64,000 bases of DNA, from NCBI GenBank assembly GCA_964252035.1, contig OZ176209.1. One strand, 5' to 3'. A program made the translations under genes and the position numbers. The notes beneath the pieces are model-generated. The model was not told the DNA's origin, did not search any database, and saw only the letters and a list, made by a program, of their open reading frames with translations. This DNA comes from Podarcis erhardii (lineage: Eukaryota). This document shows, one piece after another, positions 37,314 to 47,252 of this stretch (position 1 is the stretch's first letter; each line of letters begins with the position of its first letter).

Positions 37314-37743
37314 GGACTTCCGGGTTAGCGACATTATTTCATGGCGGATTCCCTCCGAGCTCCGGAGGGAATCTGCTCCATAGGATCGGGTCTCGTCCGC
37401 GGCGGCGACGCGGGGACCCTCAAAAATCACAGGCGCGGATGCCTGTGAACCTGGTGACTCGGCGGGCACCATTTGTGCCCCCCCAAACCGTGAAGGAGCC
37501 TTTTTAAAGGCTTCGGAACAGGGACGGGGTGCGGCGCAGTGCTGTGAGTTCATTGCTCCTCCTGTGGAGTGAAGCCGCAAGCCATTGACGGAGAGCACTG
37601 ACTTTTTCCTTGGAACAATTGGACTGTAAAGTTAAAACCCGTGAGTAATATGGAAGAGAGAGCCTGTTGATGAAGTGCTGAGGAGTTTGACAGCTGTCAA
37701 ATCGGCTGTCAGAGGGAAAAAGAGAACTTTATTTCTATGGCTT
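37314..37743 (+). mobile_element. Probable L1-like LINE 5' UTR (CpG-rich), without ORFs
   Basis: Starts ggacttccgg followed by atggcgg. CpG-dense island in otherwise CpG-poor DNA. Ends at a MITE. Confidence 0.5.
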
Positions 37744-37959
37744 CTGCTGGTTACCTTGGGTTACAAACGCTTAGGGTTACAAACACTTGGGGTGACAAAC
37801 TCTGCTAACCCAGAAGTAATACCTCAGGTTGAGATCTTTGCCCCAGGATGAGAACTAAAATCGCATGGTGGCAGCGGGAGGCCCCATTAGCAAAAGAACG
37901 GTTTTGGGTTAAGAACGGACCTCCAGAACAAATTAAGTTTGTAACCCGAGGTACCACTG
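37744..37959. mobile_element. Tc1/mariner MITE, same family as the 33905 outer element, reversed and uninterrupted
   Basis: Right TIR aacccgaggtaccactg|ta and a degraded left TIR. Shares the ctcaggtt / ggatgagaac / ggccccattagc core. Confidence 0.8.
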
Positions 37960-38766
37960 TACTGTACAGTGAGCACCATTCTTGTGTAGTGGTTAGTGGC
38001 AGACTAGGACTGGTAAACCCAGGTTCCAAGTTTGGCTAAGCTGTGAAGCTCAGTGGGTGACCCTGAGCTAATCGTTCTCTCTTATCTTACACTCTCAACC
38101 TTCAGTGAGCAACTTGATCTACTGTATTTTAGAAATTCAGTATTTTCCAACAGCATTTTAGAAATCCAAGTGTATGACATTCAAAGATTTGTTTTCCGCC
38201 CCACCCACCCCCTTTGACACGGCATGTATTTCCACATGTTTAGAAATTCAATTCTGAACAATATTTTATTCTTGCTTGCTAAAGACAAAAGCCATCAGGT
38301 TCAGGTTGGGAGTGTAAAACAGACATGCTAGCAGCCTGAAAGCCCACAATCCTAAAGCCAAAAGATTGAAACTAGGGTATACTCTTTTTAATTGGATCTT
38401 GAGGAGGAACGTCATTTTCAGGAAATGAATGTGTCCTTCAGAAGGAAAACATTAACTCACAGTTACATATTCACACCACCTGGATCCTCCTTGTTTGATC
38501 TCAAAGAACCGGATCCAGACCCCTGAGGGAACTGCACTATGCAACTGAACACACCTGAGGCACAGGTGTACTTAATTCTTCTCTGTCAGACTGCGGTGAC
38601 TTTGAGGGGGGAAAACTGCAGTCCCGAGGCACCCCCCACCCAAACAGGGTGGGGCCTCGTGAGAATATATTATGTTTTAAATTGTTACTCATTTTAAACC
38701 TTCCGGGGGGGGGGGTGAGAGAAAGAGATACAGGCCTATGGTTCCTTAAAGGACATATTAACATAC

Positions 38767-38913
38767 CCCAAACATCTGTCGGAGATCAGGATCCCGAAAG
38801 CGGAAGGGAATGTTGGAGACATGCAGCCGCTTTGGAGTAGATTTGCTCTCGGTACTCTCGTTGCTTTGTGTCTGTGACGGCTGGCCATCCGTCTGTGCCC
38901 CTCCTTCTGTCTG
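38767..38913 (-). CDS. RBFOX2: RBFOX2 coding exon, 147 nt (144 nt with the distal NAGNAG acceptor), N-terminal RRM (QTEGGAQ...[22 protein letters not shown])
   Basis: Acceptor attgcag|CAG|ACA and donor TTTGGG|gtatgt. Contains RNP2 LHVSNI. Confidence 0.98.
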
Positions 38914-40195
38914 CTGCAATTAATTAAAAAATAAAAATAAAAAGTGGAGAAGAAATCACAAAAATCCAGCCAAGATTTATCCGTTTATCAGTTCATGTCT
39001 CAGGTATTTACACCACCTTCCTTGACCTAGTATCTGAGCACCTTTAAAGTAAGTTTGATAATAACAGCAAAGTTTAACAAGCAATCCTTTGTTCATGCAA
39101 TGGTTGAGAGAAGAACAAAAACAGTAAGAGAATCTCCACAGAGCAGGTTATTGGGAGATCAGTTGCAGATAAAGCAGAGCAAATGACTGTGCCAATACAT
39201 TTACTGCAGAAGTAGATACCTTTTAATTTTTTTAGACCGAACCTTTCTTGAGGCACTACTTTCAACCTGTGGCATTTTTTATATATGGATCTAATGTTGC
39301 ACCCATATTAGACATGTCCTGCTTGGCGTGCTTCCACTAGCGTTTAGCTTTCAACATGTCAACATTTCAAGTTTATAATTACAGCAAACAGAATCAACAG
39401 TACACAGCACTTATACAGCACTTTAACATAGTCAAAGCATTTTACATACTGTTTTTTCCAACAACCCTGTTAGGTAGGTCAGAATTATTCCCAAACTGCA
39501 GGTGGTGGCATTCAAGCTGAGAAAGTGTGGCTTGCCTAAGTGAGTGCAAGGCAGAGGTGAGATTCTAGCTGTGGTGCTCTGATTTGTAACACTCTCTTGA
39601 TCACTATGCCATTCTAGCTTTAAATAGTTCAAGTTTATTTTACCATCATCTCACAACTAACGGCTATATAGGGCCTGGTGTACCTTCTATGAAATGGGAG
39701 TTTTTTGTGCATGCCACCCGTGGGTCCATTATTTTTTTTAACCCCATAGAGCGGTTGCTGCTGGCATTACTGCATCAGTTTGCTACCCCACTGCTCCTGA
39801 GACTGCGTGCAACTGCTGCCAGACGTAAAGAAGCCGTGAGGGCCGCTAGCAGTAATACAACCTACTTCTCCTTTTCACTGGCTGTGCTTCTCTTGATACC
39901 AGTGCTGCCTTAATGGACAGCAAAAAGACCTTTTATACAGGAACTACAGCTTTACAGCCTAGCAAGTGGGTTTGTGAGGTGCCCTGCTTCCAACATCTGG
40001 TGGCAAATTATTCTCATCAACAACTACTTCCACTGTCTCTCTTCCCAATCAAATCTTTTGTTGCCCTCTCGACATTTATACTGATTCCCCCAAAGGAGAC
40101 TGTAACTCTTATAAGATGCCAAATTTTCGTTTCTTAAATGGACCTTACATGGTGGTGGAAACCAAGCCACATTTATATACAGCCACATTTATATA

Positions 40196-41449
40196 CAGTC
40201 ATAGGAAAAAGAAAGTGCACTCTCTTTTAATTTTTTGGTTTTATGTATGAAGACATAATAACAATCATTTGTTCCTTAGCAGGTCTTCAAATTAGGTAAA
40301 TACAACCTCGTAATGAACAACGCATGACATATTACACTATCTCATGATGTATTTAACAGAAATAAAGCCAAAATGGAAAAGCCATGTGTGAAAAACTAAG
40401 TACACCTTATGATTCAATAGCTTGTAGAACCACCTTTAGTAGCAATAACTTGAAATAATTGTTTTATGTAGGACTTTATCAGTCTCTCACATCGTTGTGG
40501 AGGAATTTTGGCCCATTGATCTTTACAACATTGCTTCAGTTCTTTGAGGTTTGCTGGCATCTGTTTATGAACAGCTCTCTTAAAGTCCCACACAGCATTT
40601 CAATTGGGTTGAGGTCTGGACTTTGACTGGGCCATTGCAACACCTTGATTCTGTTTGTTTTCAGCCATTCTGCAGTAGATTTGCTGGTGTTCTTGGGATC
40701 CTTGTCCTATTGCATGACCCAATTTCGGCCAAGCTTTAGCTGTCGGGCCGATGGCCTCACATTCGACTCTAGAATACTTTGGTATACAGAGAAGTTCATG
40801 GTCGACTCAATGACTGCAAGGTTCCCAGGTCCTGTGGCTGCAAAACAAGCCCAAATCATCACCCTTCCACCACCATGCTTCACAATTGGTATGAGGTGCT
40901 TGTGCTGATATTCTGTGTTTGGTTTTTGCCAAACGTGGTGCTGTGCATTATGGCCAAACACCTTCACTTTGATCTTCTCTGTCTAAAGGACATTGTTACA
41001 GAAGTCTTGTGGTTTGCTGATAGGCAACTTTGCAAACCTAACTCGCACTGCCATGTTCTTTTTAGAGAGAAGACGCTTTCTCCTGGCAAACCTTTCAAAC
41101 AAACCATACTTGTTCATCCGCAACTGGACCTAACGGTCAGGGGTACCTTTACCTTTACACTTGCTGATGATCAATTAAGCAAGGGCATTTGATTAGCAGC
41201 ACCTATCTGCTACTTAATTCCTATGGAAGCAGGAAGGGTGTACTTAGTTTTTCACACATGATTTCTCCAATTTGGCTTTATTTCTGTTAAATAAATCATG
41301 AGACAGTGTAATATGTTATGTGTTGTTGTTCATCTTAAATTGTATTTACCTAATTTGAGGACCTGCTAAGGAACAGATGATTGTTACTATGTCTTCATAT
41401 GTAAAACCACAAAATTCAAAGAGAGTGCACTTTCTTTTTCCCATGACTG
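40196..41449 (-). mobile_element. Decayed Tc1-like DNA transposon (DD34E), internally deleted
   Basis: Long TIRs cagtcat(a/g)ggaaaaagaaagtgcactctc with TA flanks. Transposase remnants [33 protein letters not shown] (34 residues between D and E) and KGGSTSY*, with stops and a frameshift. Confidence 0.93.
41119..41158 (+). mobile_element. Sauria SINE (Squam1) 3' tail inside the Tc1 element
   Basis: caactggacctaacggtcaggggtacctttaccttta. Confidence 0.8.
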
Positions 41450-42649
41450 TAAGATCCTGTTAAAATTGGGTGTAGGATACAATTATTATGAGGGTGCAAA
41501 GGACCACGTTGCTCTATGCCAAGTGCTATAAGTCATGAAAGCTGACATTTCACTGAACAGCAGCAAGTTAACCTGAAGTGCAGACAACCCTTTAGTTATT
41601 AGCAGGATTTCATAACGTAAATTAGTTCTCCATCCTGCTTCTCCTTCTCTGTTACCAATAAGGCTACAATGAAGAACAGTGTCTTGCTCATGTTCGTAAA
41701 CAACATAACAATCCAGTTTCGTAGGGCAGCGTCTCAGATAACCATCAGAATACCTCACTTGAAGTGCAGCTTTTGGCTTATGTTTACTTCTAAGGTGTTT
41801 TACTTACTTTAAAATCCACTGAGAACAAAAGATCCATTGTGTGCCATGCTCTTTTGCATGTACCGTCTCTAAACTTATTGTGCATTACAGATGACACTGG
41901 GACCTAAACATGGTGAAAGGCTCTAAACATTGAAAGAGACAGAAAGCCTTATTTAATCTTTGTTTGAATCCTTCCTGCAGGAGATTTTGTGTAAACCTTA
42001 TTACGACATGGTTAACCTGCACCATTAGGGAACCCAGTTTTGGTGAGGTCTGAAAAAACGTGTTCGCTGACTGATGTGTTCTGGCAGGAGCAAAGCGAAA
42101 TCAATAATAATCTAATTAGTTTTTACCGCAGTTACAGCTAAGGAAAGCACAATGAAATACTTGCTGGTTTGCAGGTGACTTAATACTTCATGCCTGATTC
42201 TTCTTGTTTACAACACAGGCTAACTCCTCTTCATCATTAGAAGCATGAAAGGTTATTTTGTAGGTTTTGATATGCTTCCAATTATTTTAATAGACAATCA
42301 TGTTAATGTGGGGGTGGGTTGGTATTCAACTAAGTTTTACTCAGAACAGACCTCCCATGTTCATTAATTTCAATGAGTCTACTGTGGGTAAAATTTAGTT
42401 GAATATCAACCAATATATTCCAAGAAATTTGCATGCTTAGCTATGCACTTTTTAAAAAAATGTAAGTTTAAAACCATAAAAAATTATCTTCAAGAAGAGC
42501 TGCTGGTTCTTTGTGGATTTAGTAAAACAGGTTTCAAAGTCCCTGGCTGAACTACGAAGCCCACTGGATGGCCTCTGGTTTTTCAGCATCTTACAGCCTA
42601 AGGCTGTAAAGGAAAGAAAGGGTGGATAGTGCACATTTAAGTCAGAATT

Positions 42650-42761
42650 CCTTGAAAGAAGGGCTGGATGGCCATGTGTCAGGGATGCTTTTGTTGTGAT
42701 TCCTGCATTGTAGGGGGTTGGACTAGATCACCCTTGGGTGCCTTCCAACTCTACAATTCTA
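42650..42761 (+). mobile_element. CR1 LINE 3' end fragment
   Basis: agggctggatggccatgtgtcagggatg...gggggttggactagatcaccc...ccttccaactctacaattcta. Confidence 0.85.
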
Positions 42762-44247
42762 TAAAATGCGACAAGTACGAAAATCCAACATTTATCACCA
42801 TCTATTGCAGTGCCAACATCTACTTTTAAGAATCTAGTATGAAAGGGTACATTATCAGAACCCAGCAACTTAAATTATGTTCTCCAAAATATTAAAATGA
42901 TGCTTTCATGTGACTTCATAAGGACTATAGAATTCCCAAAAGAAGTGAAATAGGTCCCTCAGCCACTCTTAAAAGCAGCACCACTAGGCTCTATTTGTCA
43001 GCTGCTACTCTTTCTCTCTCATTCTTTTCCAGATATGACCTTGGACTTGTGTATAAGCTTTTCAGGACAAACAAAAGCATATTAGCAGCAAACATTCACA
43101 AGGCAACGTGCTGAGCAAAGCAAGAGCAGCTTTCAGCTTTGCTTCAATCAGGCAATGAATGCAACATAAACTCCATCTGAGCATCTGCAGTCACACAATG
43201 CAAAACAAGACACCAAACAGCTGGGATAAACTAATTTCATTCAACCAAGAATCAATTTCAACCAGCCCCAAATATCAAATACACACATGAGTTTCCTGAC
43301 AAAGGTACACCTGATCACATCACAAGTATACTATTTACAGTGGCTTCCAATTCCCTCCTCACTACACTGACAAAATTATCTCCAAACAAATGCATGGCGC
43401 ACCCTGAGGGGAGAATCAATGCAGCTGGCTTGTGATTAAATCACACTAGGCTGTTTGGCAGTTTTATTTTTGATTTCGTCAGAGTCCTCTACTCCCCAGG
43501 GTAAAACTGTCCAAGGAGGAGGACAGAATGCATGACATCACATCTATCATCTGTGCAGACAACCACTAGGAAATAGTCTCCCTAAACAACCCTTGGATAT
43601 CATTTCTCCCCCCATGGTCCAAGGGGTCTCTCTCTTTAAAGTGCTTTTTTTTTTTTTTTTGCACTCTGGAGCACGGCTAATGCAAATTTCCAAATTCTGA
43701 GCAGCTTACAGCAGATGGTGAAATTGGCAAGTTGACACAGCCTTCCAGATGGCCACAGACATACGGCCCATCATTCCCGCTCCTGGTTACAAAGGGTGCA
43801 CAGAGTGAGGAAACTGGGAACATGGCTGAACTGGTGGTTCTCAGTGTAACAGGGCTCCCATGGGTGGTGTGAATAGTTGGCGGGGATGTCCCTGCTCCTC
43901 CCAAACCTCTCCCAGTGGATACCTATACTGGGCCTGGCAGCAGGACCCTATTCACTACATAAGCTTAAAAGGTGAAGTGCATAAAATTATGTATTGTGTG
44001 TGACGAAAGTGGATAGGGAGGTGCGTTATTGTTCTCTCTCTCTCTCTCTCATAACCCTAGAACCCAATATCATCCAATGAAGCTGAAATGTGTGAGATTC
44101 AGGACAGACAGAAGAGAGAGAAAGAGTGCTTCTTCACACGCTGCAGTGTTAAACTGCAGAATTTGCTATTACAATTTGCAGTGATGACATCAACTAAACT
44201 GGCTTCAAAAAAGGGAATTGGACAGAATTGTCGACTCCCTTCTTCTG

Positions 44248-44324
44248 AAAGTGAGATGAGCGCCGCAACCCCATAGTTACCTTTGACTGGAGTTAACCGT
44301 CCAGGGGTCCTTTACCTTTACCTT
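44248..44324 (+). mobile_element. 5'-truncated Sauria SINE (Squam1)
   Basis: aaagtgagatgagcgccgcaacccc...gactgg...caggggtcctttacctttacc. Confidence 0.85.
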
Positions 44325-47200
44325 ACTAGCCATAATGGCTATATATTACCTTGAGTACCAGACACAGTATGCTTCTAAATAGCGGTGCTGGGGAACATGA
44401 GTGGGAGAATGCTATTGCACTCCTCAGCAGCTTGTGGGCTTCTCCTATCCATCCGGCTGGCCACTGTGGGAACAGAATGAGGACTATTTGGGTCTTCTTA
44501 TGTTCTCTTCCTCACTCCTTGTCTTGTTAGCATGAGGAGTAAATGGAGCAATCAATGCTTAATCCCTTGGGAAAATTTTGCATTCCTAAGCCCCATAACC
44601 ATCTTGTGGGTGTATACTGCCATATTGCTTTTCTGTGCTTCTAATCAGAGGCAGCGAGGACAAAGGATTCACTTCTGTGGCTGCACCAGGTTATGGCACA
44701 CCCTGGCTCAAGATATTTGTGTGGTTTCTTCCTTGGTGTCTTTCTGGCATCACTTTAAGACACCTATTCTGGAACAAGTTAAATTTGTCTGTTAACTATT
44801 CTTTTTATCTGCTGTCCTATCCCGAATTCTTATTAGTAATTAAACAAAAAAATTACAATCATTATCATCTTGCTTTTAAATGCCCTGGCTTGAATTGTTA
44901 GCTGCCTAAAGCACATTTCAAAAGCGGAAAGGAAAGATAAATTTTTTCCTTCAATAAACAAACGAACAAATAAGGCTCTGTTCTGTCTTAATCAACGAGC
45001 TGTGATTTTGATTGAGGAAGGCTAATTACAAAAGGATTTGGAGAATCCCTGCTCTAAACAGCCTGACCTAATCTTGATATAACATTCATACAGAAGAAGC
45101 CAACCAGTTCTGTTGGAATAACTTCTAAAGACTACAAACCAATGGAAATATAAGACTACGTAGAAGCTGAAATTTGTGCCCCAATTAATGTTGTGTTGTA
45201 TATTGAAGAAAGCCAAGGTCTCAAATATGAGGAACGTGGGATGCCTCCCTTTTCCAGATTTCCGGTGCACATTTCACTCCTCAGAGCATGACAGACTTCT
45301 GAAAGGTACATTTAACTTCAGACTTCCACAGAGATTAAAATATCACATTAGAGCTGCCAGAATACACCTTACTCTTTATGAGGTCATTAAAACTATAATA
45401 AAACACTGATTACCACAAATTAAGTTTTTTATAAAAATTGACTTCTGCCTCTCAGTTTTTAATTTCACTTTAAGTGATTGCTCACTAGACAGATGATGAA
45501 TATAATAGACCCAGCCTTCTGATCTATTTTGAAGACAGCTTACACAGTGGCCTGGCAGGAGAAACCACCTCAAGTGTAGCTGATTAATGTATATACTTTA
45601 GAAAACAACTAATCTTCCACTAAGAAGTTTCGGCTCCTTCAGGCTAGCTCTCTGTCAGTGCCTCATTATAAGATACAGCCCTTTCTTTTCTCAAGGTTGC
45701 ATATGGCTAGTCAGACTCTGCAACAAAATTAATCTCTTCAAAATATATCTGGGGGGAAACCACTTGCTAAATATTCTGCATTCTGCTTGCAATATTTAGA
45801 TTATTTTTTTTCAGAATTCTGGCTATTTTGGCAAACTGCTGGATGGCAGATATGAGATGAGACAGCATGAGAGAACAAGAACCAGGAACCTTTTGAGGTA
45901 GAAGGGGGAACTGGGTCAGACTTAAATCTCATGTAGACTGACACTGGCAACTATACAGGCAGGGCTGAGGAAAAAACACTGTCTGAAAATGTGGAGAGCC
46001 ACAGCTAGTCCATGTAGAGCCCATCGCTGCTCACTGTCCTCCTCATCATGAGATAGTGAGGGTGATTATCTTTCTCCCCCCAGAAATACAGAACGGAAGA
46101 AGGAAGTCGAAAGAGTGAAGCTCCTTCCCAGTTCCATTTTTGACTCCTTTTCAAGGCTCAGATCCGTACCTGAACTGCTGGACCAAAAAAAAAAAGAAAA
46201 AAAAGATTTGCCTAGAGGATAGGGTGGGAAATGGGGTGATCTGGGGGACTGTGGGGATGGAGTGAGAGTGAGCTACTGAGACAAGGGACACACATGCACC
46301 CACAAGCTGGATCCAGTAAAATGGATAGTCTTGAAATTACCCCCCCCCCCAGGTTTCTCACCACCACATCATAGGTCATCTGGTCAACAGCTATGTTATG
46401 TGATTCACTCATGATTTTGTCAAAATCCTATGTAAAAATAATGAATATCCTAAAGGATCCATGCCTTGGATTAATGTTTTTGTGTTGCTGACAAGCACCA
46501 AATTTATGGTTTTTACAGTGCAGTCCGTCAGTGTACTCTTTAATTTGATTGTGTCTGGTGGGACCCCATGTAAAATAAAGCACATTCAGGAAAGCCATGG
46601 AATTGCAGTGTTGGAAGGGATCCAATGGTCATCTAGAGACAAAACACATCAGATTCAATGGTAAATGGGATTGTCAAAGTCCTTTTTCCAGGAAATCTGC
46701 CCCGTTTCTGCTCTCTTTTTATTTATTTTTTTATTTTTTTGCCAAGTAGACAAGTTAAATGTGCATAAATTGTAAGCACACTGTATATCTATATCTATAC
46801 ACACACAAGCACAAACATATAAACAAGAGGATAGGAGCAGCAAGATGGTAAGCAAGAGAGTGGTGAAGGAGAAACCAAAATGGTGACAGGAGCATATTGA
46901 GAAAAATGAAGAAAAGAAAAACGAATGGCTAAAAGTAACAATAAAGAATGGGAAAAGCCATAGAAAAAATGAAAAAACGGGAGGAACCGGAAAGGAACAG
47001 GAATCAATGACAGGCAGGCGTGTGCTTGCTTTCTCGAAGGCAGGACAGACTGAGGTGACATCGTGCACCCCGGGAGTCACCTGCTTCCCAAGACATTGTG
47101 CCTGCCTCTGACCACTTGGTGGGGCCCCTAAAGCCCAGCCCAACAGCCTCACTCACACTGCACAAGATAAATGAGAGCTCCCTAGAAAGACAGAAAGAGA

Positions 47201-47252
47201 GGAAGGAAGGAAGGAAGGAAGGAAGGAAGGAAGGAAGGAAGGAAGGAAGGAA
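47201..47252. repeat. (GGAA)13 microsatellite
   Basis: Direct reading. Confidence 0.98.

Noticed and set aside
46655-47152. 165-aa minus-strand ORF
   Set aside because: Low-complexity F/S/L translation of a pyrimidine tract, with no usable exon structure.
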